64,000 nucleotides of DNA from Acidobacteriota bacterium (GCA_030550025.1 JAUQQC010000002.1:262058-326057), one strand, 5' to 3'. Positions 53,833 through 63,333 are shown, counted from the first letter of the stretch. Numbers and translations are program-made. The notes: a model not told the origin generated them from the sequence alone.

Positions 53833-54623
53833 CAGAGCAATTCGCCGCGCCACATTGTGATGGCCTGTCCACCGAGGATGACGCGATCGCCAGCGAGGCG
53901 AACGCGAACTACACCTCCTCGCGCGGAAGCTTGATAGGCGAGCAGCTCCGCGCGCCCGAGCCTCTGCCCCCAAAATGGCCCCAAGCAGCAGTGCGCCGAT
54001 CCGGTAACCGGATCTTCGCGCACGCCGACGCGCGGCGCGAAAAAGCGCGAGACGAAATCAAAAGGTGGCGTCGCGGAACGACTGGTGACGATGATGCCGC
54101 GCGTGGGAATCGCTTCCAGCAGGGCGAAATTCGGAGTGAGTCGCCGCACGACGTCTTCGGATTCGACTTCGACGAGATAATCGAAGCGGCTCCGACCGAC
54201 GAAGCATGGCGTCACGCCCAAGCTCTCCTGGAGCCGAGGGGGGGCCTGCGTCGGCTCAGCCGGCGTCGCTGGAAAATCCAATTCGATCCATTCGCCGCGG
54301 CGCATTGCCACGAGCACGCCGCTTCGCGTGAAGAAGCGAATGGATTCTTGCGGGGTGACGTATCCCTCCGTCCACAAGATGTGCGCACTCGCCAGCGTCG
54401 CATGACCGCATAACTCGACCTCGATGGTCGGCGTGAACCATCGGAGGTGGAACCCGTCTTCGTCCGGCCAGAGGAAGGCCGTCTCCGAGAGATTCATCTC
54501 TTGCGCGACCCGCTGCATCCACGACGTCTCTCTCGGTTCTGAGAGCACGCACACGGCAGCCGGATTGCCCGAGAACGGCGCATCCGTGAAGGCGTTGACC
54601 TGAAAGATCGGCGTCCTCATCAT
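53829..54623 (-). CDS. PhzF-family isomerase
   Basis: AFT..F.GNPAAV, MNLSETAF, RWFTP..EV.LCGHATLA, SRFFAP..G..EDPVTGSAH. Confidence 0.93.
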   Translation of the reverse strand: MMRTPIFQVNAFTDAPFSGNPAAVCVLSEPRETSWMQRVAQEMNLSETAFLWPDEDGFHLRWFTPTIEVELCGHATLASAHILWTEGYVTPQESIRFFTRSGVLVAMRRGEWIELDFPATPAEPTQAPPRLQESLGVTPCFVGRSRFDYLVEVESEDVVRRLTPNFALLEAIPTRGIIVTSRSATPPFDFVSRFFAPRVGVREDPVTGSAHCCLGPFWGQRLGRAELLAYQASARGGVVRVRLAGDRVILGGQAITMWRGELLW

Positions 54624-55281
54624 CGCCTCCCGGAACCCCTTCGAACAGCTCTTGTGCGGACCATCCTCGTTGAAGAGGCCATAAGCTTAACGGAATCCGC
54701 TCGCGGCGTCGAGAGCCATCGTCCGCTCGACGCGCGCGCTTTGAATTCGACGCTCGGGAGGCTTCTGGCGCCCCTTGTGGTCGTGCAGCATTCGTGGCGG
54801 GATGGTCGCGCGTTGGAACGCATCACGCGCGAATCGAAGTCTCGCGAAAGGAGGCTATGCGTGAAGGGACATCGAGCCCCTCATCGGTTGGCGGTTCTGC
54901 ATGATCGCCGGGTCTCTGCTCTTGCACGCGGCGACGGTGCTCCCTTGCTTTCTCTTAGCGGGACGACCGACGCTTGGCCCCAGCGCGAGTGGGGGAAGCG
55001 ACGATGACGTTTTGTCGCACGGTTGCTCAAGAGGCGCTCGCCAAGTGAGGGGGACGAGTGCAGCAATAGCGATCTCGACTGAGAGAGGGCTGCACCGGAG
55101 GGACGATCGAGAGCGCACGACATCGCGCACCTCAGGCGTGAGACATCGTTCTTCACTTCCTTGGCGAGGCCGGGGGTCGCCATTGTGGGCGCGCACCAAG
55201 GTGCGGTACGCTTGAGCAGGACAACGGGTGCTGGGTTCTGGGCATCCGTATGAGCGAAAGGATCTCGAGGAGGAGGGAACG

Positions 55282-56733
55282 ATGAATGATTGGCTTCGTC
55301 TCCTTGGAGTCGGGATGCTCTGCGCAGGGATTGGACGAATTCCTGCGCCGCTCGTTCTCGCTCAAGACGTGGCGACGACCCAAAACGATCGGCAGCGCAT
55401 CACGCTGACCATTTATGGGAACGACCTCGGTCTCGTTCGTGAGATTCGTCGAGTGCGCTTGCCGCGCGGGATCGCGCGCGTTCGTGTTCACGATGTGGCG
55501 AGCACGCTCGATCCGGCGACCATCTCCGTGATGGCGCGCGACAGCCGTGCGGCATTCGCCGTGCTCGAGCAAGCCTACGCGTACGACGTCCTCAAGCCCG
55601 ACCGGCTGCTCGAACGCTCGGTGGGGAAGGAACTGACGCTCGTTCGTCGCCTCATGGTAAACGGCGCGGAGCAATTAGTGCCGGTCAAAGCCCTGCTCCT
55701 CGCTTATCGTGATGGTCAAGCCGTGTGGAAAATCGGCGATGAGATCGTCATCCAGCCGGCGATCGCCGAGATTCGCTTCCCCTCGATCCCGGAGGGATTG
55801 ATGGTTCAGCCGGCGCTGCTGTGGACGGTGCGGAATGAGGCCGGGAGCGAGCGAGAGCTGGAAGTGTCTTACCTGGCCAGAGGTTTCAGTTGGGAAGCGC
55901 ATTACGCCATGATGGTGGATGACGCCGAACGCATGGCCGATCTGAGCGTTTGGGCGACGGTCACGAACCAAAGCGGCATCGCCTTTCGCAATGCCGAGTT
56001 GCGGCTGATGGCCGGAGAGATTCAGCGCGTCGGCCCCTCGCGACCCCGCGAGGTCGAACTCTACGCGCTCGCTCGCAAGGAGCCGGTTCAAGCCCCGGAC
56101 GTGCAACCACAAGACGTCTTCGAGTATCATCTCTACGCGTTCGACCGTCCGGTGACTCTCGAACAGAACGAGACGAAACAACTGGCGCTCGTGGCAGCTC
56201 GCAATGTGAGCCTGAGGAAGGAGTACGTGGTGACCGGGCAAGGATATTATTATCGTCAGCCGGTCGAGCCCGGGCAGCCTATTCGCGAACCCGTGCGCGT
56301 GACGCTCAGCTTCAAGAACACACAGGAGCACGGTCTTGGCCTTCCGCTCCCGGCCGGAACGGTCCGCATCTACAAGAGAGATCCGCAGGCCGGCCCACAA
56401 CTCCTCGGTGAGGATCGCTTGCCACACACTCCGCGCGAGGAGTGGGTGCGGGTCAACGTCGGACGCGCCTTCGATCTCGTCGTCGAGCGCCGGCAGACGG
56501 CATTTCAACGCATTGGTCGCGACGTCTACGAGTCCGAGTATGAGTTGCTCGTACGCAATCGCAAAAGCGAGGACATCACACTCACGGTCATTGAGCCCGT
56601 CGGGGGAGATTGGGAGGTCGTCCATTCGACCTTCCCGTGGGAACGATCGGGAGCCTTCGCGATTCGGTTCACCGTTCCGGTCGCGCGCGGTGCCGAAGCC
56701 AAACTCGTCTACCGCGTGCGCGTGCGATCATAA
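55282..56733 (+). CDS. Secreted DUF4139-domain protein
   Basis: Signal peptide, TIY....LVRE.R, SYL..G.SW.A.Y, L.AG, EYHLY, LG.PLPAG..R.Y, G.AFD. Confidence 0.85.
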   Translation: MNDWLRLLGVGMLCAGIGRIPAPLVLAQDVATTQNDRQRITLTIYGNDLGLVREIRRVRLPRGIARVRVHDVASTLDPATISVMARDSRAAFAVLEQAYAYDVLKPDRLLERSVGKELTLVRRLMVNGAEQLVPVKALLLAYRDGQAVWKIGDEIVIQPAIAEIRFPSIPEGLMVQPALLWTVRNEAGSERELEVSYLARGFSWEAHYAMMVDDAERMADLSVWATVTNQSGIAFRNAELRLMAGEIQRVGPSRPREVELYALARKEPVQAPDVQPQDVFEYHLYAFDRPVTLEQNETKQLALVAARNVSLRKEYVVTGQGYYYRQPVEPGQPIREPVRVTLSFKNTQEHGLGLPLPAGTVRIYKRDPQAGPQLLGEDRLPHTPREEWVRVNVGRAFDLVVERRQTAFQRIGRDVYESEYELLVRNRKSEDITLTVIEPVGGDWEVVHSTFPWERSGAFAIRFTVPVARGAEAKLVYRVRVRS

Positions 56734-56742
56734 GCGCGTCGG

Positions 56743-57963
56743 TCAGGCCGCCAGCGATGCGCTCTCGGAGGTCGAGGGCGCCTCCTCCAGAAGCGGGCAG
56801 TGTGGGGGTAACGCCGCAAGCTTCCGCCGAATGATGTCGCGTGAGTACTTCTCGACATAGTGCACGATCGTCTCGACGCGAATCTTGATGCTGCCGGCCG
56901 GCTTAGTGGCATCCAGATCGCCGAATTTGAAATAGAGCGTGCCCGAGGCCTCGACGATCTTCTGCGTCGGCGTATAGGTCGGTTGGTCCATCCCGCATTC
57001 GTAGCTGGAGAAACGGATGACGCAAGTGACCCACGGACACCGAGCGGCGACTTTCGCCCCCCACAGGATCTCATTCGTGTTGCTGCTGTAGGATGAAGGC
57101 CAGACGTCGGAGATATCAAAGGGGCTCTTGATCCGTCCGGCGCGAATCTCTTCGCCGAAGAGCCAGTGCATGAGATCGTCATCGGTGGGGAAGTACTGCA
57201 TCCAGAGGATGGGGAATCCGTGGGCTTGCAGTTCGGCTTCGATCTCGTGCCCGATGCCCGGATCCATGTGATACGGGCGCGCGAGCACGAGGATGCATGG
57301 GCGCTCATGACGCGCGCACCAGGTGAGGATCTCCCGGCTCTTCTGCCGCATCTTCTGATTGAACGCTTCCAGGGCACGGTATCCGGCCTCGACGGCCCGC
57401 GCCGTCTCCTCTTCGGTAAGGTCGAGGACGTCTTTGAGCGCGAGATAGAGCTGCTTCGGGACCTTCTCCGGCTCGCCGAGTGAGACAAACGGCGAGACAT
57501 ATCGAATCCCGTTCTCGGCGAAGACATCCCGCTCTTTGAGAAATCCCGCCTTGATGTTCTCCGGTCCGGCCATCACCCGCGTGCAGGTGAGCGTGTCCAG
57601 CACATGGCCGCGCAGAAAGGAGGGCAGGGAATAGATCATCGGGCTCAGCAGGACGTCGATCTTCTTCTTCTGGCCGAAGATCAATTCCCCATAGTGCCCG
57701 CTCATGCACTTGACCGGATAGCAGCAGTCCACCGTACCGCGCCCCTTCCCATACTCGCGATACTGCTCTTCGGAAGTGTCGGAGCTGAAGACGATGTTCT
57801 CGGGCGCGATCCCCAAGGCCGTCAGAAATCCCACCCAGAATTGATGAGTGCTCCAGATGTTCAGGACCTTCGGGATCCCTACGCGCACCGACGAGCGATC
57901 CTTAGGCGGCGACGCGGCGGAAGCCCTCTTTCCGAACAAAGTCCGCAATGTTGGGATACGCAT
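56743..57963 (-). CDS. DUF2229 / 2-hydroxyacyl-CoA dehydratase-like reductase subunit (PlsA/Ger reduction domain 1-like)
   Basis: RVGIPKVLN, CCYPVK...GH, TC, LARPYH.DPG..H.I, SYECG.D, GSIKIRVET. Confidence 0.8.
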   Translation of the reverse strand: MRIPTLRTLFGKRASAASPPKDRSSVRVGIPKVLNIWSTHQFWVGFLTALGIAPENIVFSSDTSEEQYREYGKGRGTVDCCYPVKCMSGHYGELIFGQKKKIDVLLSPMIYSLPSFLRGHVLDTLTCTRVMAGPENIKAGFLKERDVFAENGIRYVSPFVSLGEPEKVPKQLYLALKDVLDLTEEETARAVEAGYRALEAFNQKMRQKSREILTWCARHERPCILVLARPYHMDPGIGHEIEAELQAHGFPILWMQYFPTDDDLMHWLFGEEIRAGRIKSPFDISDVWPSSYSSNTNEILWGAKVAARCPWVTCVIRFSSYECGMDQPTYTPTQKIVEASGTLYFKFGDLDATKPAGSIKIRVETIVHYVEKYSRDIIRRKLAALPPHCPLLEEAPSTSESASLAA

Positions 57964-60079
57964 TTTTCGTCTTCTCCAGTTCGGCTTTGATGGCCTTCAT
58001 CTCGTTGACGTCCTCGACAAGCCCCTTCGGACACGAATTGTTCACGATCACGCGCTCCCATCCTTCGGGGAGAGGGACTTTGCTCCACGGACGCCCTTTT
58101 CCACCCGGCAATTCGACGTCAATGAAACTGCGTTGGCAGTTGACGGGACACCACTTGCACACCGTATCGGGCGATGTCGTCGTCTTGTAGGTGAGGTTCT
58201 CGATGACGTCGAAGCCGCGGAAACGGGTACGCCCGCCGCGCTCCCACCATTCGTGGGCGATGAGTGCCGCGCCGATGGCCCCCGCTTCGCCCGAATACGG
58301 GTGGACGACGATCTCGGCCTCTGGGACTTTCGACTTGATGAAATCCACTTGCGCTTTGACGACGGCCAAGTTCTTATGCGTCCCTCCTTGGAGGATGAAT
58401 TTTCGTCCGACCTGCGCGAGATTGTTCAATCCGCCGGCGTAGATCCACACGTTCAGCGGGAGGATGGCGCAGAGTCCGGCGAGGATCTCCTCGGCCTGCC
58501 AGCCCTTGCGTTGCTGGTTCACGATGTCGCTCTGAAGGAAGACGCCGCAGCCCATCGTCAATTGGGGCATGGCTTGCGCGCGAAAAGCGTAGTCGGCGAT
58601 CTGCTCCAGGGGGATACCAAAGCGCTCGGCCACGCCTTGAAGGAAGGCACCATTGCCCGACGAACATTGTGAATTGAGCCGAAAGTCCGAGACCGTGCCG
58701 TTTTTGAGGATCATGATCTTGACGTCTACTCCTCCCACGTCACAGATGCAATCGGCATCGGGGAAGAAATAGAGTCCGGCCGTCGCGTGCGCGATCGTCT
58801 CCACCACCGCGCAATCAGCTCCGATGATCCCTTTGAGCAGGTCCTTCCCATAGCCGGTGATGCCGACGGCCAGGATCTCCCCGTCCCCGACGGCCGCTCG
58901 AATCTGGCGAAAGAGCGCCTTGGCGTCCTCGATGGGATTGCCACGGCTGAGGGCATAGCAGGAGAAGACCAGTTCTCTCTCAGGCGAGAGACAAACGGCT
59001 TTGGCCGTCGTTGAGCCGAAGTCGCATCCAAGGATCACGCGCGAGAGATCAGGGGCTGTGTGCCCCTTCCGAGGGGAGAGTCGAGAATCAGCGCGCCCAT
59101 TGCTCCCGTAAGTGAGTCGAAATCGCTGCAACTCCTCCGGCGTCGCCCAGAGGCCCTTTCGCCCCTCTCGCTTCTTCTCCTCGTACTGCCCCTCTTCGAT
59201 CCACCACTGGAGCTTCTCTCTGCCTCGGTACACGCCGGTATGCTCCGGCTCACGCCGCGCGATCTCGATGCATCCGAGGGCCGCGTAATAGAGCGCGTCC
59301 TTGGGGACGTAGATGAGCGAGGCGGGATCGCGATCCTCCGGCAATGGGACCTTCCGTTCCTTCCAAATCTTGAGCAGGTGGTGGCGCCAGGCTTCTTGTA
59401 AGCCTTTGAAGAAGAGGTTGGGCCCGCCAAGGAGCAGGACTTCCGGCATCGGCGTGTTGCCGCGGGTGAGCGTCGCGAGATTCTGATAGACGACGGCCTC
59501 AAAGAGCGAAGCGATGATCTCCTCGACCGAAACGCCCGCCTTCAGCAACGTATTGGCATCGGCCTCGGCGAAGATGCCGCACTTGCTGCTGATCTTATGG
59601 AGCGGATACCCCTCGTAGCGCATCTCCGCCAATTGCTCCAGTGGAATCTGCAGCTTGCGCGCGGTCTTCTCGATGAACGTGCCCGTTCCCCCTGAGCAAG
59701 CGCTCTGCATGAGGACCTGCTTCCCTTTGGAGTGGCCGTCGCCGGTGAAGAAGATCGTCTTCATGTCCTCGCCGCCGATCTCGCTGACGAATCGCACGGC
59801 CGGATGCAAGCGCTCGACGGCCGCCGCCACGGCGACGACTTCCTGAACAACCCGAGCGCCCACGAGCGAAGCGATCAAGCCAGCTCCTGATCCCGTGAAG
59901 AAGATGCGGTCTCGTCCCGGCGTCAGCCCATACTCGTGTTCCAAGCGGGTGAGGAATTCCAAAACCTTCTCCGCCTGTCGCGTGTTGTGTCGCTCGTAGG
60001 CGTGCGCCAAGATCTCCCCTTCGGGCGATGCCAGAACGTATTTGCACGTCGTGCTGCCGACATCCATGCCGCAGATCAT
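57902..60079 (-). CDS. Tandem BadF/BadG/BcrA/BcrD (ASKHA) CoA-enzyme activase with C-terminal CxxCxxxC..C
   Basis: Two activase domains: DVGSTTCK, EIGGED.K, CSGGTG, CGIFA; DFGSTTAK, TGYG, DVGG.D.K, CSSGNG, CGVF; CKWCPVNC. Confidence 0.9.
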   Translation of the reverse strand: MICGMDVGSTTCKYVLASPEGEILAHAYERHNTRQAEKVLEFLTRLEHEYGLTPGRDRIFFTGSGAGLIASLVGARVVQEVVAVAAAVERLHPAVRFVSEIGGEDMKTIFFTGDGHSKGKQVLMQSACSGGTGTFIEKTARKLQIPLEQLAEMRYEGYPLHKISSKCGIFAEADANTLLKAGVSVEEIIASLFEAVVYQNLATLTRGNTPMPEVLLLGGPNLFFKGLQEAWRHHLLKIWKERKVPLPEDRDPASLIYVPKDALYYAALGCIEIARREPEHTGVYRGREKLQWWIEEGQYEEKKREGRKGLWATPEELQRFRLTYGSNGRADSRLSPRKGHTAPDLSRVILGCDFGSTTAKAVCLSPERELVFSCYALSRGNPIEDAKALFRQIRAAVGDGEILAVGITGYGKDLLKGIIGADCAVVETIAHATAGLYFFPDADCICDVGGVDVKIMILKNGTVSDFRLNSQCSSGNGAFLQGVAERFGIPLEQIADYAFRAQAMPQLTMGCGVFLQSDIVNQQRKGWQAEEILAGLCAILPLNVWIYAGGLNNLAQVGRKFILQGGTHKNLAVVKAQVDFIKSKVPEAEIVVHPYSGEAGAIGAALIAHEWWERGGRTRFRGFDVIENLTYKTTTSPDTVCKWCPVNCQRSFIDVELPGGKGRPWSKVPLPEGWERVIVNNSCPKGLVEDVNEMKAIKAELEKTKNAYPNIADFVRKEGFRRVAA

Positions 60080-60127
60080 CGCTTCCCCTCCTTGCGGACG
60101 GCTTCTCGTCAAGAGACCTCCTGACGC

Positions 60128-61645
60128 TCACCGCATCTTCCGCGCCAGGTGCATGACGTAATTGGCCGCCGTGCCCGCATAGCCATAGTGCGGGATACGA
60201 TAGGTGCTCCGCTGGACCTCCGGATGCCGCTCCTCATAGCGGCGGATCGCCTCCAGGGTGAGGCCGGTCTTGGCGAGCGCGTCCTCGAATTCCGCATGAG
60301 CGCGTCGCTTGGCTTCGGTCAGGATCATCTGGCATCGGGAGAGCGCGTGCACTTCAGCATCTCCCTTCACCTCGATCGGCGCATAGAGCAGATCCGGATA
60401 GCGGCCGAGCACGTTGGCCATCGCGCCAATGGACATCGTGTTCGGCATGCAGGAGTAGGGTGACAGCTCACAAATCATGTGTGCCTTTTTATGCCGATAG
60501 GCATAGAGCGCTTTCCCCACGAGCATGTGCCCTTCGCCCCCGCGTAGTTCGTAGTGGTAGTAGGGTTTGGCCAAGTGCTTGAGCTCCTCTTGATCGGGAA
60601 GCTCGTAGGGGAGATTGCCGAGTGCCTTGCGAAAGCGATTGTAGACGAAGTGATAGATGTGCTCCAAGGTTCGAATGAGCGCGATCTTCTTGCGGTTGCG
60701 CTCGGCACCCTTCCATTCCTCAGAGGTAATCGGCGAATGCAGCAGATAGTCGAGCCAGACAGCAATCGGCGGCGGAATGACCTCGGCCCCTTCTTGCTCG
60801 AGCCATCGCTTGATGTTGTAGTTGCCATCGCCCTCATGCGTCTGGAGCCAGAATTCGCCCGTGATCTTCACCTTCGGCTTGACGCGAAGCCGATCCACGC
60901 GAATGGCATCCCAACGCTTCCGCACGTCGCGCAGGGCATCGGTGAAGTAGTCGGTCAGGACATGCCAAGCGAAGACCTTCAGCTTCCCTCCACGTAGCTT
61001 CTCCTGAGGCCGATTTCGGAAGACGTCGTACAGATACTCGATGCTCTCGCGCAGGACCCGATCCGTCTCTCCGGGGACGATCTCGTAAGGACGCGTCATA
61101 TATTCGAGGTCGGTCAACACATCGGCGCAGAGGATCGCCCAGACAAGCCCCAGGCTCAAGGGGAGATTGATCTCTAACCCCCCGCCGTGGGTCGCCCCTT
61201 GATCGAGTTGATTCTGCGCCAGCAGGAAGAGGCGGAAGTCCCGAAGGCCAAGCCCATCGAGCGCCATCGTGTACGATTCATGATATTGCCCAAACCGGCA
61301 GGGACCACACGCCCCCGCCGTCAGAAAGACATAGCGCTTCACGACCTCCTCGCGACCCAGCGCGGCCATCTCCGATTTGAGGAAATTCGCCAAGTTCCCC
61401 GTCGTGAAGATCGTCGGACAGCACGCCCCGACGTCAATCAGCTCCTTCCCCGCATCCAAATCCGCGCGCGTGATGTTCGGAAGCGGCTGGGCCTTGTAGC
61501 CCAAGTTATGCATCACGCCCTGGATCAATCGCTCGTGCTTCCAGGTCAACCCTCCGAAGAGGATCGTCACCGTCGCCCGCTCCTCTCGCGTGAAGGGGCG
61601 AGGCCGATAGGCCGTATAGTGGTTGATCCTCTGGATCGTCTCCAT
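60128..61645 (-). CDS. 2-hydroxyacyl-CoA dehydratase-like reductase subunit (PlsR/Ger reduction domain 2-like)
   Basis: GACCPT.FT.GNL, TAGACGPCRFGQY, RPYE, GEFW, GGEG, P..CMP; GGAGG SD. Confidence 0.8.
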   Translation of the reverse strand: METIQRINHYTAYRPRPFTREERATVTILFGGLTWKHERLIQGVMHNLGYKAQPLPNITRADLDAGKELIDVGACCPTIFTTGNLANFLKSEMAALGREEVVKRYVFLTAGACGPCRFGQYHESYTMALDGLGLRDFRLFLLAQNQLDQGATHGGGLEINLPLSLGLVWAILCADVLTDLEYMTRPYEIVPGETDRVLRESIEYLYDVFRNRPQEKLRGGKLKVFAWHVLTDYFTDALRDVRKRWDAIRVDRLRVKPKVKITGEFWLQTHEGDGNYNIKRWLEQEGAEVIPPPIAVWLDYLLHSPITSEEWKGAERNRKKIALIRTLEHIYHFVYNRFRKALGNLPYELPDQEELKHLAKPYYHYELRGGEGHMLVGKALYAYRHKKAHMICELSPYSCMPNTMSIGAMANVLGRYPDLLYAPIEVKGDAEVHALSRCQMILTEAKRRAHAEFEDALAKTGLTLEAIRRYEERHPEVQRSTYRIPHYGYAGTAANYVMHLARKMR

Positions 61646-61671
61646 AAGCGCACCTCCTCTTCCTCGCAACA

Positions 61672-61701
61672 CCCACTAGACTGACATGTCAGTCTAGTGG
61701 G
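61672..61701. promoter_or_regulatory. Perfect 30-bp palindrome, putative TetR operator
   Basis: CCCACTAGACTGACA|TGTCAGTCTAGTGGG between the tetR stop and the SD of the activase cassette. Confidence 0.8.
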
Positions 61702-61715
61702 GAGGTAAAAAAAAT

Positions 61716-62357
61716 TCACGACGTGGCCGAGCGGGCGAAGACGCCGCGCAGGCCGAAGTTGAAAAGCTCCTCAACGACGATCTCAAGCGGCGGAAGATCC
61801 TCGCGATGAGTCGTCAACTGATCGGCCACCTCCTTCATCGTCCCCAAGATGCAAGAGGCGACGATACGCGTTTGACAAGGGCGTACCAGGCCCATGCGAA
61901 TCCCATGCTCCAGAGAGCGCTCGATGAGCGAAAGGACGCGGTCGTAGAAAGCCTGCAGCATGGCAGCCGAGCGTTCGTCCAAGCCCACTGCCTGATGGAG
62001 GAGAATCTTCGTCAGCTCGGGATCATGGACGAGAAACTCCAGGACGCGACCAATGTTCGCCTTGACTTGCGCGAGCGGATCGGGCGCACCCGGGCTGAGG
62101 TCAATGGGCCGAATCCGTTGGCGCAGCTCCTTGAGGACTTCGTCCAGGAGACTATCGAAGATATCACGCTTGCTTGTGAAATAGAGATAGAACGTCCCCC
62201 GCGCGATGCCCGCGCTTTCGATGATGTCTGAGACGCTCGCGTTGTGATATCCCTTCTGCGAGAAGACCTGTTTGGCGAAGAAGAGGATCTGATTCCGCCG
62301 TGTCTCCTTCAGCTCTTTCAGCTCCTTATGGACGACCACCTCGCCCATCCTCGACAT
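61716..62357 (-). CDS. TetR/AcrR-family transcriptional regulator
   Basis: R..IL..A..VF..KGY....V.DI...AG.A.GTFYLYF.SK HTH; start 62357 chosen for GGAG SD (track start 62387). Confidence 0.93.
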   Translation of the reverse strand: MSRMGEVVVHKELKELKETRRNQILFFAKQVFSQKGYHNASVSDIIESAGIARGTFYLYFTSKRDIFDSLLDEVLKELRQRIRPIDLSPGAPDPLAQVKANIGRVLEFLVHDPELTKILLHQAVGLDERSAAMLQAFYDRVLSLIERSLEHGIRMGLVRPCQTRIVASCILGTMKEVADQLTTHREDLPPLEIVVEELFNFGLRGVFARSATS

Positions 62358-62582
62358 AAAAGTCTCCATGAAGAGCAGGAAACTCATATCACATGAGGTC
62401 CACGTCTGTCAAGCTGAGTTTGGCGAAACGAGACGGTGACTTCGGGGAAACTTGGCGGACAGGGCGATGGGCCGTTCAACCGCAGGCCCCAAGCAAGGGC
62501 ATCACACCTCTTTCGCCCAAGGGGCTCTCACATTCGGGTTCCGTGAACAGGGTGCAGCAGAGCGCAAGCGCGAAAGCGCTCG

Positions 62583-62807
62583 TCACTTACTGTAGCGATA
62601 GGTGATCCGTCCTCGCGTCAGATCATATGGAGAGAGCTCCACGCGCACGCGATCCCCCGGTAGGACGCGGATATAGTTCTTCCGCATCTTCCCAGAGAGG
62701 TGCGCGAGTACCTCATGGCCGTCGCCATCGAGCTTCACGCGGAAGGTCGCATTGGGCAGCGCCTCCACGACCGTTCCATCCACCGGAATCATATCCTCTT
62801 TGCTAAT
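62583..62807 (-). CDS. infA: Translation initiation factor IF-1, probable ATT start
   Basis: (M)[24 protein letters not shown]...[46 protein letters not shown] 7 nt before an in-frame ATT. Confidence 0.95.
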   Translation of the reverse strand: MSKEDMIPVDGTVVEALPNATFRVKLDGDGHEVLAHLSGKMRKNYIRVLPGDRVRVELSPYDLTRGRITYRYSK

Positions 62808-62828
62808 AGGCGTTCACCTCCTTCTCCT

Positions 62829-63281
62829 TCATTGATCGTGTTCGATGTAGGTGAACGAGACATCGCGCTCATCCTCCGATTCCGAGGCTGAGACGCGCGC
62901 GCGCAGCCACGCACTATAGTTGAGCGGTACCAGCGCGAACTTCTCCGTCACTTGCGAGACCAAGCGCTCGCCCAGCTCCATCCGCAGATACTCCAAGAAC
63001 CGCTGTATCTCTCGCTGCATGGCGTCCATCTTGTCCCGCATGTTGAGGATGATCTCCACTCCTGCTAGATTCACGCCCAACTCGCGCGTGAGCGTCAGGA
63101 TGAACTCCAATCGCTCGAGGTCCTTCTCGGAATAATACCGCGTGTTCCCCTTGGAGCGGGAAGGTTTCAACAGCCCATGCCGCTCGTAGAGCCGTAACGT
63201 CTGAGGATGAATCCCATAGGCCTCAGACACCGCGCTGATCGTGTAGCCTTTCTCTTTCCTCTTCTTCACCCCATCGACCAT
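62829..63281 (-). CDS. hspR: MerR-family heat-shock repressor HspR
   Basis: Y.IS.V....GIHPQTLR.YER.GL..P.R..GNTR.YS..D, LT..LGVNLAGV; HAIR-like sites and divergent dnaK. Confidence 0.88.
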   Translation of the reverse strand: MVDGVKKRKEKGYTISAVSEAYGIHPQTLRLYERHGLLKPSRSKGNTRYYSEKDLERLEFILTLTRELGVNLAGVEIILNMRDKMDAMQREIQRFLEYLRMELGERLVSQVTEKFALVPLNYSAWLRARVSASESEDERDVSFTYIEHDQ

Positions 63282-63333
63282 CTTCCGTGCCCGCGCTCAG
63301 GAGGATGAGACACACGCTCGTTTCCGAAAAGGT

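Noticed and set aside
61672..61714. Palindrome plus A8 run as an intrinsic terminator
   Set aside because: No loop, and the T run lies 5' of the palindrome on the transcribed strand
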